NCBI GenBank assembly: GCA_040902225.1
Contig: JBBDXT010000007.1
Location: 449,112 to 513,111 of the forward strand
DNA length: 64,000 bases
Source of the DNA: Chloroflexota bacterium
GTDB taxonomy: Bacteria > Chloroflexota > Limnocylindria > QHBO01
Direction: 5' to 3'
Shown here: one piece after another, positions 39,039 to 48,920 of the stretch
Layout of the letters: each line of letters starts with the position of its first letter
Numbering within the stretch: the stretch's first letter is position 1
Translations under genes and position numbers: made by a program
The notes under the pieces: model-generated
What the model was told of the DNA's origin: nothing
Databases searched by the model: none
Seen by the model: the letters and a program-made list of their open reading frames with translations, nothing else

Positions 39039-40109
39039 CTATCGTATCAGCCCGTCTGAGGCGGGCCGCACCGCTTTCGTCGTCTCGCCGATCAGGCCCG
39101 GCCCCGCGTAGACGAGCCCGCTCCACAGCTGGACCAGGTCTGCGCCGGCGGCGATGAGCATCGCGGCGTCCTGGCCGGAGCCGATGCCCCCGGAGGCCAT
39201 GATCGCCAGACGGTCCCCGACCAGGCTGCGAGCGCGGCGCACGAGGCCACGGGTCCCGGTCAGCAGTGGAGCGCCCGAGAGGCCTCCGGCCTCCGATGCG
39301 AGCTCACGCGGTGACGCCAACCGACCGCGGGAGAGGGTCGTGTTGGCGAGGATCAGTCCCTTCGCGCGAGTTGCGAGCACGGCTTCCAGGACCGCCTCCA
39401 TCTCACCGGGGAGCATGTCCGGTGCGAGCTTGACGAAGATCGGCCGCGCAGGGCCGAGCCGCCGGCCGGCGTCCGCCAGGGCGTCGAGCAGCGCACGCAG
39501 GTGCCTCGGCGTCTGGAGATCGCGCAGGCCCGGCGTGTTGGGGGATGACACATTGACCGCGAGATAATCGGCATGCGGGGCGAGCCGTTGCTGGACCGCG
39601 AGGTAGTCCCGAATTGTGTCCTCGGCCGCGGTGCTCGCATTGCGACCGATGTTCACCCCCAGCACGAAGTCGCCGGGCAACCGCCGGCGTACCCGCGCAA
39701 GGTTGCGCGCTACCGCTTCTGCGCCGGCGTTGTTGAAGCCCATCCGGTTGATGAGCGCTTCGTCGCCTGGCAGCCGAAAGAGGCGCGGCCGCGGATTCCC
39801 GGCCTGCGGAAGCGGCGTGACCGTGCCGATCTCGGCGAAGCCGAGGCCGAGGGCGGCCCAGCCGCGCAGCGCGATGGCGTCCTTGTCGAACCCGGCGCCC
39901 AGGCCAACGCGGCTGCGAAAGCGAAGCCCCGCGACTTCGACATAGGCTCCTTCAAGGGAGGCGCCTCCGCCCAGGCCGGCCAATGTGCGCCCGAGTCCGC
40001 TGCCGCCGGCCAGGCGCAGCGCCGACAGGCTGAAGCCATGGATCTCCTCAGAATCGAAGCGGAAGAGGAGCGGACGAATCGCGCGATAGCTGATGCGCCG
40101 CCAGCGCAT
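39039..40109 (-). CDS. pyrD: dihydroorotate dehydrogenase (quinone), class 2
   Basis: N-terminal membrane-association helix RPLLFRFDSEEIHGFS, NRMGFNNAG, and an FMN-binding C-terminus GGIGSGQDA. Confidence 0.8.
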   Translation of the reverse strand: MRWRRISYRAIRPLLFRFDSEEIHGFSLSALRLAGGSGLGRTLAGLGGGASLEGAYVEVAGLRFRSRVGLGAGFDKDAIALRGWAALGLGFAEIGTVTPLPQAGNPRPRLFRLPGDEALINRMGFNNAGAEAVARNLARVRRRLPGDFVLGVNIGRNASTAAEDTIRDYLAVQQRLAPHADYLAVNVSSPNTPGLRDLQTPRHLRALLDALADAGRRLGPARPIFVKLAPDMLPGEMEAVLEAVLATRAKGLILANTTLSRGRLASPRELASEAGGLSGAPLLTGTRGLVRRARSLVGDRLAIMASGGIGSGQDAAMLIAAGADLVQLWSGLVYAGPGLIGETTKAVRPASDGLIR

Positions 40110-40504
40110 CAGTCGTCGTGAGCGCGCGGAAAGGCCATCTCGATCGGGCGCAGGTCCGGGAGCGGCTCGTCGTCGGCATCGGGCTCGACGCCCGGCGGGG
40201 CCATGAACTCGTGCCAGACCTCGGTGCCGGCGGCAGGCGGGTCGTCGAGCTCCTTGAGCGCCACGATCCCCTCGAAGCGGATCATGCCCGACTCGCCGGT
40301 ATCGGTCTCGAACTCGTCCTCGTATTCCTCGGCCACCTCGATCGCGCGGCCCAGGGCGGTCTCCTCGTCGACGCCGTCGACCAGCACCACCCGGTCCTCG
40401 ACCATGATCGGCGCCTCGTCGACAAGATAGGCGTACCGGAGCTGGACGCTGAACCAGCCGCTCGGATCGACGACCGGCTCCAGCGCGAGCTCATCGGTGG
40501 TCAT
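40109..40504 (-). CDS. acidic hypothetical protein
   Basis: 131 aa, highly acidic. Its stop overlaps the pyrD start and its start overlaps the upstream gene stop. Confidence 0.3.
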   Translation of the reverse strand: MTTDELALEPVVDPSGWFSVQLRYAYLVDEAPIMVEDRVVLVDGVDEETALGRAIEVAEEYEDEFETDTGESGMIRFEGIVALKELDDPPAAGTEVWHEFMAPPGVEPDADDEPLPDLRPIEMAFPRAHDD

Positions 40505-42096
40505 GCCGGCGGCGGCTCCTGGCCCATCACGGTCTGCGACTGCTCGCGCAGGAACTGCTGCACGTAGTACGGACCCAGCCCGCTCTTGCCCGATGAGCCC
40601 GAGCCCTTCCAGCCGCCGAAGGACTGGATCCCCGGCCAGGCCCCGGTGGTCGCCCCCGCACGGCGGTTGACGTACACCACGCCCGCCTGGATCGTGTCCA
40701 GGAAGCGGCGGATCTGCTCGTCGTCGTGACTGAAGATGCCGGCGGTCAGCCCGTAGGCGGTGGCGTTCGAGAGGCTCAGCGCCTCGTCCAGCGAGTCGAC
40801 CTCGCCCACCACGATGAACGGGACGAAGAGCTCGTCGCGGAACAGGCGGTGGCTGGTCGGGAGGCCGCTGACCACGGTCGGCATCGCGAAGTAGCCACGC
40901 TCGGTTGCGTCGTCCCGCAGCACCTCGCCGCCGACCTCGATCCGGCCGCCGTCCGCCCTGGCCTCGGCGACGGCCGCCGTGAACTTGGCGAGCGCCCGCT
41001 CGTTGATGACCGGACCCATCCAGCTCTCGCGCTGGGTGGGATCGCCAACGCGGATGCCCTTCGCCTTCTCAACCAGGAGGTCGAGGAATGGACGGGCCAC
41101 CGAGCGCTCGACGTAGACCCGGCTGTTGGCGCTGCACTTCTGGCCGTCGAACCCGAAGGCGGAGCGCATGACCCCCTCCGCCGCCTCGTCGAGGTCCGCC
41201 GAGGCGGTCACGATCGACGGGTTCTTGCCGCCCATCTCGGCGATGATCGGCCGCGGGTAGTCCCGCGTAAAGCCGGTGTAGAGCCGCATCCCGACCTCGT
41301 AGCTGCCGGTGAAGACCATGCCGTCGAGGTCCGGGTTCTCCTCGAGCTCCGCGCCGACCGTCTCGCCCGGGCCGGTCACCAGGTTGAACACGCCCGGCTC
41401 GATGCCGGCGTCGCGCAGCGCCTCGCAGAACTTGTAGGCCATCAGCGGAGCATCCGAGCTCGGCTTGATGACGACCGTATTGCCCGCGATCAGCGCGCCG
41501 GCGGCGGGGCCACCGCACAGCGCCATCGGGAAGTTGAAGGGACTGATCACGGCCCATACCCCGTGGGGCTTGAGGATCGAGCGGGTGTGCTCCGCCGGGG
41601 AGAGTGAGCCCATCGGCTGCACGAAGCCGTTCGCCTTCTCCATCCCGTCGCTGTAGTAGCGCAGCAGGTCGGCTGTCTCCTCGACGTCGCCCAGCGCCTC
41701 GAGCCGGTTCTTGCCAACCTCGAACGACATGAGCGCCGCGTAGTCGAACTGCCGTTCGCTGATCAGGTCGGCCGCGCGACGGATCAGCTCCAGGCGCTTC
41801 CGCCAGCCGAGGTCCCGCCAGGCCGGGAAGGCGGCACGCGCGGCCGCGATGGCGTCACGGACGTCCTGCCGGGTGCCGACCGGGAAACGCGAGACGACGA
41901 TGCTCGTGTCGATCGGCGAACGGTCCTCGAATTCCTCGGCTCCCGCTCGCTGCTCCGCACCGATGAGCAGCGGGTATGAGCGGCCCAGCTCGCCGCGGGC
42001 ACGCTCAACCGCGGCATCGAAGGCTGACTGGAGCTCCTCGTTGTCCGCGGACAGCGTGGCGTAGGTGATCTTCATGCGGGGTGTGGTGGTGGCCAT
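40501..42096 (-). CDS. L-glutamate gamma-semialdehyde (1-pyrroline-5-carboxylate) dehydrogenase
   Basis: 531-aa ALDH with EMGGKNP and FGFDGQKCSANSR, plus the RocA/PruA-type C-terminal GAWPGIQSFGGWKGSGSSGK. Confidence 0.8.
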   Translation of the reverse strand: MATTTPRMKITYATLSADNEELQSAFDAAVERARGELGRSYPLLIGAEQRAGAEEFEDRSPIDTSIVVSRFPVGTRQDVRDAIAAARAAFPAWRDLGWRKRLELIRRAADLISERQFDYAALMSFEVGKNRLEALGDVEETADLLRYYSDGMEKANGFVQPMGSLSPAEHTRSILKPHGVWAVISPFNFPMALCGGPAAGALIAGNTVVIKPSSDAPLMAYKFCEALRDAGIEPGVFNLVTGPGETVGAELEENPDLDGMVFTGSYEVGMRLYTGFTRDYPRPIIAEMGGKNPSIVTASADLDEAAEGVMRSAFGFDGQKCSANSRVYVERSVARPFLDLLVEKAKGIRVGDPTQRESWMGPVINERALAKFTAAVAEARADGGRIEVGGEVLRDDATERGYFAMPTVVSGLPTSHRLFRDELFVPFIVVGEVDSLDEALSLSNATAYGLTAGIFSHDDEQIRRFLDTIQAGVVYVNRRAGATTGAWPGIQSFGGWKGSGSSGKSGLGPYYVQQFLREQSQTVMGQEPPPA

Positions 42097-42161
42097 CTCG
42101 CCTCTCGGGCCTCAGGGGATCGCCATTATCGCACCGGCTCGACGCCGAAAGGAATGCCAAA

Positions 42162-42193
42162 GGCCAGGCTCCGGGGGGAGAAGAGCCTGGCCT
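42162..42193 (-). terminator. GC-rich hairpin downstream of methyltransferase gene
   Basis: ggccaggctc-N12-gagcctggcc, a 10-bp perfect stem, 30 nt after the stop at 42221. Confidence 0.35.
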
Positions 42194-42220
42194 TCGACGC
42201 CTCGAAGCATAGAGGATCGG

Positions 42221-42937
42221 TCACCGCTTGAGAAGGTGAAAGAGGCCCAGCTTCAGGGTGAGGAACGGCGGATGCGGGGCCATCAGGAACGCACGTCCAC
42301 GGTCTCCATAGAGGCGCGGCAGGAGCTCCATCGCGATGGCGGGGTCCGAGATGTCGAGCTGGCTGTGGACGACCTTGATCTTGAAACCGTGGCGCAGCCA
42401 CCAGCCGGTCCGCCGTTGGGTCGCGTCGAAGGCGTGCGCCACGACCTCGGGCTCCAGCAGGCTGGCGACCTGGTCGCGCCCGTAGTAGCCGATGACGACC
42501 AGGCGACCACCCGGGCGCAGCACGCGCAGCAGCTCGGCGATCCCCGGCAGCGAGGCGTCGTTCGGCTCGATCAGCCCGCACAGGACGATGTCGACCGCCT
42601 CGTCGCGCAGTGGGAGCAGCTCGAGCCCGCCCTCGACGATCCGCAGATTGGGCTGGTGCGCCGAGGTGGCCCGCTTTCGCGCCACCTCCAGGAGGACGGG
42701 GTCCGATTCGATGCCGTAGGTGCGTCCGGTGCGCCTGGCCAGCAGCATCGGGTAGTGACCGATCCCGGTGCCGACGTCGGCGATCCGCTTGCCGGCGAGT
42801 GGCACGATCCGCTCGAGCGCGGCCAGGACCTTGCGCTCGGGGTCGATCACCTCTCCCAGTTGCGCATGCAGGGCAGGATCCAGGTCGGTCCAGGCCGGCA
42901 GGATGGCTCGGGTCACGGCACGGTCACCTTCAGCCAT
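42221..42937 (-). CDS. class I SAM-dependent methyltransferase
   Basis: Motif I ADVGTGIGHY and motif post-I. The likely start is MAEGDRAV at 42937. The called ORF runs to 43123. Confidence 0.55.
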   Translation of the reverse strand: MAEGDRAVTRAILPAWTDLDPALHAQLGEVIDPERKVLAALERIVPLAGKRIADVGTGIGHYPMLLARRTGRTYGIESDPVLLEVARKRATSAHQPNLRIVEGGLELLPLRDEAVDIVLCGLIEPNDASLPGIAELLRVLRPGGRLVVIGYYGRDQVASLLEPEVVAHAFDATQRRTGWWLRHGFKIKVVHSQLDISDPAIAMELLPRLYGDRGRAFLMAPHPPFLTLKLGLFHLLKR

Positions 42938-43524
42938 GCGGGAGCGCCGTCGCTCAGCAGCACCGCCTCGCCATTCAGGATCTGGAGGTCGAAGGAGATC
43001 GGCCCGGGGGCGACCCGCGTGGCCAGCACGGGGATGGTCAGGGTGCCCCCCACCAGGAGGGGTCCCCAGCCCAGCGAAGTGGTGCCCGCAGGCTCGCCGT
43101 GCTCGCCCGGTCCCTCCACCCACTTCGTCCAGTCCTGGACGAGGGGATCGCCTCCCTCGCGGATGCGCTGCGCGGACGGCTGGAACGGGGCGAGGAAGAT
43201 CGTGTCGCGAACCTCGGTCGGCCAGCGCAGGACCAACTCGGGCACCATCGCCTGGCCGAGGTTGGTGACGACGATGACCAGCCGCCCGGAGGCACCTGCC
43301 GCTACCTCCACCGTGACCTCGTAGGTGATCGGGGTCGAATCCGTGGCTGTCGGCGCCGGCAGGGTCAGGCGTCCGCTGTCGCTTGGGCTCGGCTCGGCGG
43401 TCGCGCTCGGTCGGGTCGATTCCGAAGGCGAGGCGCCAACGGAGGGCGACGGGCTGGACGCTGGGCTACGGGTGGTCTGGAGGGAGCAGGCGGCCAGCAG
43501 CACGGCAGCGGCAAGGGGAGCCAT
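42913..43524 (-). CDS. putative lipoprotein
   Basis: The likely start is MAPLAAAVLLAACS (lipobox), followed by a Ser/Pro/Thr-rich linker. The called ORF runs to 43650. Confidence 0.4.
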   Translation of the reverse strand: MAPLAAAVLLAACSLQTTRSPASSPSPSVGASPSESTRPSATAEPSPSDSGRLTLPAPTATDSTPITYEVTVEVAAGASGRLVIVVTNLGQAMVPELVLRWPTEVRDTIFLAPFQPSAQRIREGGDPLVQDWTKWVEGPGEHGEPAGTTSLGWGPLLVGGTLTIPVLATRVAPGPISFDLQILNGEAVLLSDGAPAWLKVTVP

Positions 43525-43670
43525 GCACCTCCGCCGGGTGCCGAGACGGGATCGGATCGGTTGTGCGACGCTCACGGCGGCCTCGCCTGCGTAGTCATCG
43601 GCGCGTGGCCGGCGGCCAGGCAGGGCCATGGTATGCGAGCGGCACCTCAACCGCTGCTACGATCGAGGAG

Positions 43671-44111
43671 ATGGCCGACACGTCCGCTCCCGACCGCGAG
43701 CCCAGCCCGCCAACGCCGATGCCGATCGGCGTTCGGCTCTGGTTCATCTGGGCATTCGTGCTGCTGGCCGGCACCGGAATCTTGCTGCCTCGCATCATCG
43801 AGTTCGTCGACTTCAGCGAGCGGGCGCCCTTCAGCCTGCTGGGCATCTTCATGATGCTGGAGCTGGCCGCGCTCCTGTTCGCGATCACCGTGGCCATGCA
43901 GCGCAAGCGGATCGGTCATCGCTTCGCGATCGGGATCGCCATCCTGGCCGCCCCGATGCTGGCCGGGCTGCCGCCGATCGTGCTCGACTTCCCGCCCGAG
44001 GCGGTCGCGGGCTGGCAGGCGCTCTTCATTCCCGTCGGCCTGCTCATCAGCGTCGTGCTCGTGATGGCACTGCTGCGGCCCGGTTCACGAGCCTACTTCA
44101 GCGAGGACTGA
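43671..44111 (+). CDS. membrane protein, unknown function
   Basis: The likely start is MADTSAPD, with a gaggag RBS. 4 predicted TM helices. Confidence 0.35.
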   Translation: MADTSAPDREPSPPTPMPIGVRLWFIWAFVLLAGTGILLPRIIEFVDFSERAPFSLLGIFMMLELAALLFAITVAMQRKRIGHRFAIGIAILAAPMLAGLPPIVLDFPPEAVAGWQALFIPVGLLISVVLVMALLRPGSRAYFSED

Positions 44112-44141
44112 GGCACGGGCGCGCCTCCGTATACTGGCCCG

Positions 44142-45197
44142 GTGACCACCGCCGCAGCGCCGCCGCGCACCATGCGTGCGCTCGCCAAGACCCGTCCTGA
44201 GCCCGGCCTCGAGCTCGTGCAGCGGCCCGTCCCGGTGCCCGGTCCCGATGACGTGCTGCTCAAGATGGAGGCGGCCTCGATCTGCGGCACGGACCTGCAT
44301 CTGTTCCGCTGGGATCCGTGGGCGAGCGAGATCGTCAAGCCGCCGACCATCCTGGGTCACGAGCTCGCCGGCCGCGTGGTGGCCACGGGCGCGGGCGTGA
44401 CCCGCGTGGTGGACGGCGACCTGGTCGGTGTGGAGAGCCACATCGTGGACGGCACCTGCGCGCAGTGTCGCCGCGGCGATCGGCACCTGTGCCGCAACCT
44501 GAAGGTGATCGGGGCGCACGTGGACGGCGGCTTCGCCGAGTACGTGGTCATCCCCGAGGCGAACGCCATCGAGTCCAACGGCCTCGACCCCGCGGTGGTG
44601 GCTCTGCAGGAGCCGATGGGCAACGCCGTGCATGCCGCCTTCGTCGAGCCGATCGAGGGGCGAACGGTGCTCGTCACCGGCTGCGGCCCCATCGGCCTCT
44701 GCGCGGTGGGAATTGCCCGAGCTGCCGGGGCTGCCATGGTGATCGCCACCGACACGGAGGAGTATCGGCTCGAGCTGGCCCGCGGCATGGGCGCCGACCT
44801 GGCACTCGACGCGCGCGACCCGGGGACGGTTGATCGGATCCGGGCAGCCACCGATGGCGATGGGGTCGAGGTGGTGCTCGAGATGAGCGGGGCGCAGGCG
44901 GCGCTCGACCAGGCCCTGGCGGCGATCACCCGCGGCGGGCGGATCAGCCTGCTCGGCATCTTCGGGGAGCCGGTCCGCGTCGACCTGTCCGACTTCGTGA
45001 TCCAGAAGGGCCTGCGCATCTACGGCATCTACGGCCGCCGCATCTACGACACGTGGGAGCGAACCCAGGCGCTGCTGCGCTCCGGCGCGCTTGACGTCAC
45101 GCCGATCATCACCCATCGATTCGACCTCGCCGACTGGGAGCGCGGCTTCGACCTGATCGCCTCCCGACACGCCGGAAAGGTAGTGCTCCTGCCATGA
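44142..45197 (+). CDS. tdh: L-threonine 3-dehydrogenase (zinc-dependent)
   Basis: GHELAG, structural-zinc Cys cluster ([12 protein letters not shown]), and GCGPIGL Rossmann motif. Followed by kbl. Confidence 0.85.
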   Translation: MTTAAAPPRTMRALAKTRPEPGLELVQRPVPVPGPDDVLLKMEAASICGTDLHLFRWDPWASEIVKPPTILGHELAGRVVATGAGVTRVVDGDLVGVESHIVDGTCAQCRRGDRHLCRNLKVIGAHVDGGFAEYVVIPEANAIESNGLDPAVVALQEPMGNAVHAAFVEPIEGRTVLVTGCGPIGLCAVGIARAAGAAMVIATDTEEYRLELARGMGADLALDARDPGTVDRIRAATDGDGVEVVLEMSGAQAALDQALAAITRGGRISLLGIFGEPVRVDLSDFVIQKGLRIYGIYGRRIYDTWERTQALLRSGALDVTPIITHRFDLADWERGFDLIASRHAGKVVLLP

Positions 45198-46411
45198 CCG
45201 ATGCCGTCACCGCCCGCTCTCGCAACCCCCTCGCCTTCCTCGATGCGGAGATCGAGGACCTCAAGGCCAAGGGCCTGTACCGGCGCCTGCGGGTGGTGCA
45301 GAGCGAGCAGCGCAGCCGCTGCATGATCGACGGGCGCGAGGTGATCACGCTGTCGAGCAACAACTACCTCGGCCTGAACACGCACCCGCGCCTGCGGGAC
45401 GCGGCGATCGAGGCGGTCCGGCGCTTTGGGGCCGGGTCGGGAGCAGTGCGCACCATCGCCGGCACCATGAGCCTGCACGAGGAGCTGGAGCGCCGCCTGG
45501 CCGAGTTCAAGCAGGTGCCCGCGGTCCTCACCTTCCAGTCCGGCTTTACGGCCAACACCGGTGTGATCCCGATCGTGGCTCCGGAGGGCGCGGTGATCGT
45601 CTCCGACGCACTGAACCACGCCAGCATCATCGATGGCATCCGGCTGACCAAGGCGGAGCGCAAGGTCTTTCCGCACGCCGACATGGACGGGCTGCGCGCG
45701 GTGCTGGCCGAGGTGCGAGCGGCGCCCGGCGGAGCTGACCGAACCGTCCTCGTCATCACCGACGGCGTCTTCAGCATGGATGGCGACATCGCCCGACTGC
45801 CCGAGATCGTCGGGGCCGCCGAGGAGGCCGATGCGATCGTCTACGTCGACGACGCGCACGCGTCAGGCGTGCTCGGTCGCAACGGGCGGGGAAGCATCGA
45901 TCACTTCGGCCTGCATGGCCGGGTGCAGATCCAGGTCGGGACCCTCTCCAAGGCGATCGGGGTGCTGGGCGGATACGTTGCTGGCAGTCAAGCGCTGCGC
46001 GACATCCTGATCCACCGTGCGCGCCCGTTCCTCTTCTCGACGTCCCATCCACCAGCCGTGGCGGCGGCGTGCCTGGCGGCGATCGACGTCCTGGAATCGG
46101 AGCCGGAGCTGATCGAGCGGCTTTGGCAGAACACCCGCCTCTTCAAGGCGGGCCTGGCGCGCCTCGGCTTCGACATCGGCGCATCCGAGACACCGATCAC
46201 GCCCGTCATCGCCGGCAGCGGGGCGATGGCCATGAAGCTGTCGGATCGGCTCTTCGAGGAGGGCGTCTTCGCGCAGGGGATCGGCTTCCCGACGGTGCCC
46301 GACGATCGGTCGCGGGTCCGGACCATCGTCACGGCCGAACACACCCACGACGAGCTCGAGACCTGCCTCGCCGCGTTCGAGAAGGTCGGTCACGAGCTGG
46401 CGCTCATCTAG
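45194..46411 (+). CDS. kbl: 2-amino-3-ketobutyrate CoA ligase (glycine C-acetyltransferase)
   Basis: Class II aminotransferase / 8-amino-7-oxononanoate synthase family with a PLP-Lys region ([16 protein letters not shown]). Overlaps the tdh stop. Confidence 0.85.
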   Translation: MTDAVTARSRNPLAFLDAEIEDLKAKGLYRRLRVVQSEQRSRCMIDGREVITLSSNNYLGLNTHPRLRDAAIEAVRRFGAGSGAVRTIAGTMSLHEELERRLAEFKQVPAVLTFQSGFTANTGVIPIVAPEGAVIVSDALNHASIIDGIRLTKAERKVFPHADMDGLRAVLAEVRAAPGGADRTVLVITDGVFSMDGDIARLPEIVGAAEEADAIVYVDDAHASGVLGRNGRGSIDHFGLHGRVQIQVGTLSKAIGVLGGYVAGSQALRDILIHRARPFLFSTSHPPAVAAACLAAIDVLESEPELIERLWQNTRLFKAGLARLGFDIGASETPITPVIAGSGAMAMKLSDRLFEEGVFAQGIGFPTVPDDRSRVRTIVTAEHTHDELETCLAAFEKVGHELALI

Positions 46412-46427
46412 CCGTCGAAGACAGAAA

Positions 46428-46457
46428 GACGGGGTAGAGGCGAACCTCTACCCCGTC
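46428..46457. terminator. perfect 13-bp stem hairpin (GACGGGGTAGAGG-CGAA-CCTCTACCCCGTC), copy 1
   Basis: It lies between convergent kbl (+) and cassette gene 1 (-), so it is a likely bidirectional terminator. The same element recurs at 47387, 48572 and 49089. Confidence 0.5.
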
Positions 46458-46481
46458 CGGTCGGCTTGCGCCGTTCAAGGG

Positions 46482-47162
46482 CTAGCTGATGCTGCGTCCC
46501 GCCTTGACGTTCGCGTAGGCGAGCGCCCCGAGGGATGCCAGCAGGATCAGGCTGAAGGCGATGGTCGGCAACGGGCTCGAGCCATCGAGTGACTGCGCGC
46601 TGTCGGGCATGCTCCCTCCGGGAGTGCCGGCGCCGCCCTCGACCAACTGGTCGCTTGACTCTTCGCCTGGATCGTCGCCGGACTCGTCGCCGGACTCGTC
46701 GCCCGACTCGGGGACCGACTCAGACTCGGCCTCCAATTCCTCTTCTGCGCCGTCGCAGCCGTTGTCGAAGATCGCCTGTCCGGCGGCATTCCAGTTCAGG
46801 CTGGGATAGCCGGTCAGGGTGACGCCGTCCGAATAGAACGGCGGGACGATGTCGCCCCAGTACACGCCAGCGGCCTTTGCGCCGGGAGACCACACCGGGC
46901 CCGTGTGCTCGAAGAGGTGGTCGCCCTTGCCGTGGTCGTTGCCGTTGTCGCCGTCGACCGAGGCCTCATCGACCGTGACCTTAACGTACGGATTCGTCTC
47001 CGCATGGGTGCGATGGCAGATGGTGACCTTGTGCAGCGGGTCCGGCTTCGTGGCCTGGACCGGAGTCACGAGGTATGACATCGACAGCGCCATTGCGGCT
47101 GTCGCGGCGAGCACAACGCTCAGCCGTGACATCCGTGCCATGGTGAGAGTGCGAGTGTTCAC
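46482..47162 (-). CDS. secreted cassette protein 1: signal peptide, passenger domain, acidic GDES repeats, conserved C-terminal TM anchor
   Basis: GTG start 5 nt after GGAGAT. Signal MNTRTLTMARMSRLSVVLAATAAMALS...VQA, acidic repeat GDESGDESGDD, and C-terminus SSPLPTIAFSLILLASLGALAYANVKAGRSIS. Confidence 0.6.
   Translation of the reverse strand: MNTRTLTMARMSRLSVVLAATAAMALSMSYLVTPVQATKPDPLHKVTICHRTHAETNPYVKVTVDEASVDGDNGNDHGKGDHLFEHTGPVWSPGAKAAGVYWGDIVPPFYSDGVTLTGYPSLNWNAAGQAIFDNGCDGAEEELEAESESVPESGDESGDESGDDPGEESSDQLVEGGAGTPGGSMPDSAQSLDGSSPLPTIAFSLILLASLGALAYANVKAGRSIS
46669..46720. repeat. 12-bp tandem repeat (gactcgtcgccg x about 3.5) encoding the GDES linker
   Basis: Direct reading of 46669..46720. 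Confidence 0.6.
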
Positions 47163-47220
47163 GAGGTATCTCCTAAGACTTCCAGCACCCCTGGCACGCT
47201 ACGGAACACCCGCGCGGCCC

Positions 47221-47277
47221 CCCTGGGGGTCGATATGTCCCGACCCTAACCGGAAGTACTGGGCCTGCCTAGTACCT
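47221..47277 (-). promoter_or_regulatory. conserved cassette 5' leader motif, copy L1
   Basis: ccctgggggtcgatatgtcccgaccctaaccggaagtactgggcctgcctagtacc. Homologous to 48401..48460 and 48921..48976, and partially to 50105..50125. Confidence 0.4.
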
Positions 47278-47386
47278 CCGGATGGGCCTCCGGATGGGTC
47301 CAGTTGAGTGCGGTCCGCAGGTGGGGACTCTGGTCGTTGCGCCCCCGCAACGGATTTCGCGGCGCACGAGCCCGAACACAACAGAA

Positions 47387-47416
47387 GACGGGGTAGAGGC
47401 GAACCTCTACCCCGTC
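47387..47416. terminator. 13-bp stem hairpin, copy 2
   Basis: gacggggtagagg cgaa cctctaccccgtc. Confidence 0.45.
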
Positions 47417-47490
47417 CCTGCCAGGGGGGCTGGCTCAATCGGGGCTGTGCGCGCGGCGCATGCCCGGCTCCGTAGTCTATCCGAATGCTA

Positions 47491-47518
47491 GACAGCCCCC
47501 AGAGGACCGGGGGCTGTC
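47491..47518 (-). terminator. 10-bp stem GC hairpin (GACAGCCCCC-N8-GGGGGCTGTC) 35 nt after cassette gene 2 stop
   Basis: Direct reading. A homologous hairpin lies at 48677..48704 and an identical copy at 49193..49220. Confidence 0.45.
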
Positions 47519-47552
47519 TCGTTCAGGTCGACCGGCTGTCGCCGTTTTCTGC

Positions 47553-48347
47553 CTAGATGCGGCTGCGCACCATCTTGACGTTCGCGTAAGCGAGTGCGCC
47601 GAGGGATGCCAGCAGGATCAGGCTGAAGGCGATGGTCGGCAGCGGGCTGGAGCCGGCTCCGAAGAGCGAGCTATCAGCCGTGCTCTCCTCGGCCGAGAAG
47701 GTGAGGGCAGCGACCGACTGCTCGCCCGACTCAGCCTCGGACTCGGGGACCGACTGCTCCTCGGACTCGGGGACGGACTGCTCCTCGGACTCGGGGACGG
47801 ACTCTTCCTCGGACTCGGGGACCGACTGCTCCTCGGACTCCGACTCCTCAAGTTCGATGAGACAGAACGCGATGTGGCTGATGCTGTCCTCCGAAAGCGC
47901 GAGCAGTCCATCGTCGTGGGCAATGCCGGGACCAGCGAATCCAGCCTGCGCGCCGGTGTAGTCATACACGTTCGAGGCGTTGGTGCCCTTGACGATCACA
48001 TAGGCTGCCAGCCCGCCATCGACGATGAACCAGAAGCTATTGCCGTCGACGGTGATCTCGACGTTGGCCGTTGAACCATCGGGGAGCTCGACGTCGTCAT
48101 CCTGGGTGCCGTCCGGGGTCGAGTCGAACTTCAGCTCGGTGGTACCCTCGGGACACGGAACGTTGCCCCCCGAATTCGACCCCCACTCTTCATTATTAGG
48201 CCCCACCGCGATGGGGAGGACCTCCGGGCCGTCGGCCGGGTCATGCTCGGCCAGCACCGGGCTCATCACCCAGAGCATCGACAGCGCGAGCGCCGACAGT
48301 GCGGCGAGAAGGATGGCGGGCCGCGATGCGGCGGTGCGAGTACTCAC
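47553..48347 (-). CDS. secreted cassette protein 2 (copy A): signal peptide, passenger domain, SEEQSVPE repeats, conserved C-terminal TM anchor
   Basis: The called ORF runs to 48395. The homologous start is GTG at 48347 (AAGGAGA-N9-GTG, reading M-S-T-R-T like gene 1). Signal ...LSMLWVMSPVLA, acidic repeats, and C-terminus SSPLPTIAFSLILLASLGALAYANVKMVRSRI. Confidence 0.6.
   Translation of the reverse strand: MSTRTAASRPAILLAALSALALSMLWVMSPVLAEHDPADGPEVLPIAVGPNNEEWGSNSGGNVPCPEGTTELKFDSTPDGTQDDDVELPDGSTANVEITVDGNSFWFIVDGGLAAYVIVKGTNASNVYDYTGAQAGFAGPGIAHDDGLLALSEDSISHIAFCLIELEESESEEQSVPESEEESVPESEEQSVPESEEQSVPESEAESGEQSVAALTFSAEESTADSSLFGAGSSPLPTIAFSLILLASLGALAYANVKMVRSRI
47737..47850. repeat. 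24-bp tandem repeat x about 4.5 (tcggactcggggacSgactgctcc) encoding the SEEQSVPE linker
   Basis: Direct reading. An identical array lies at 49439..49552. Confidence 0.6.
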
Positions 48348-48400
48348 GATACCGGTCTCCTTTACAGCTCCCCTGGTGCTCGGGCGATAGTCCACCCGAG

Positions 48401-48460
48401 ACCCCCCTGGGGTTAGATCTCTGGCACCCTAGGACGGAAGTACTGTTCCTGCCTAGTACC
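48401..48460 (-). promoter_or_regulatory. conserved cassette 5' leader motif, copy L2
   Basis: cccctggggttagatctctggcaccctaggacggaagtactgttcctgcctagtacc. It contains AGATCT, CCTAGG and AGTACT palindromes. Confidence 0.4.
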
Positions 48461-48571
48461 CCCGGAGGCCATGGTGGTGAGGTCCTGTGGGGTTCGGTGG
48501 CGAGCGGATGCCTTAGGTTGGTGCACCGCTGCACCGGAATCTTGCCCACGCCGGCCGACGACACAACAGAA

Positions 48572-48601
48572 GACGGGGTAGAGGCGAACCGCTACCCCGT
48601 C
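48572..48601. terminator. 13-bp stem hairpin, copy 3 (one mismatch)
   Basis: gacggggtagagg cgaa ccgctaccccgtc. Confidence 0.4.
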
Positions 48602-48749
48602 TCTGCCAGGGGGCTGGATCGATCGGAGCCTGGTGCGTGGCCGCTCAGGCTCCCCTGGAGAGTTGTCCGGACACGAGGCAGCCCCCGCCACACCGGGGGC
48701 TGCCTCCGCTAGCTCAGCTGGTGGTTGTTGACCTGTCTTCTGGCACCCA

Positions 48750-48860
48750 CTACATCGGATGCAAGAAGTAACCGAGAGCGAAGGCGATGATCAGCATCGC
48801 GCCAGCGGTGATGAGGATGCGGCGGGAGAAGATCCCGCCCTTGGCTCTACGAGTAATCAC
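48750..48860 (-). CDS. 36-aa mini-cassette ORF (single-TM peptide)
   Basis: GGGAGG-N8-GTG, reading MITRRAKGGIFSRRILITAGAMLIIAFALGYFLHPM. It has the same M-x-T-R start and the same leader (48921..48976) and hairpin context (48677..48704, 48572..48601) as the large cassette genes. Confidence 0.35.
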   Translation of the reverse strand: MITRRAKGGIFSRRILITAGAMLIIAFALGYFLHPM

Positions 48861-48920
48861 GATAACGGCCTCCCTGGACGTTCCTGCTCCCCCGGTGTTC
48901 AACGCGGTGGTCCACGCAGA

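Larger units (their letters stand above)
47376..48414. repeat. 1039-bp direct repeat, copy A (apparently identical to 49078..50116)
   Basis: Identical ORF translations on both strands and identical flanking nucleotides at offset 1702. Confidence 0.7.

Noticed and set aside
47460-48074. 204-aa plus-strand ORF with LGLGD repeats (duplicate at 49162..49776)
   Set aside because: It is the antisense reading of the SEEQSVPE tandem-repeat region of cassette gene 2. Its repeats simply mirror the coding repeats.
48700-48750. tRNA-like D-loop string gctagctcagctggtgg
   Set aside because: No acceptor stem, anticodon arm or T-arm (GTTCGAATCC-like) follows. A chance match.
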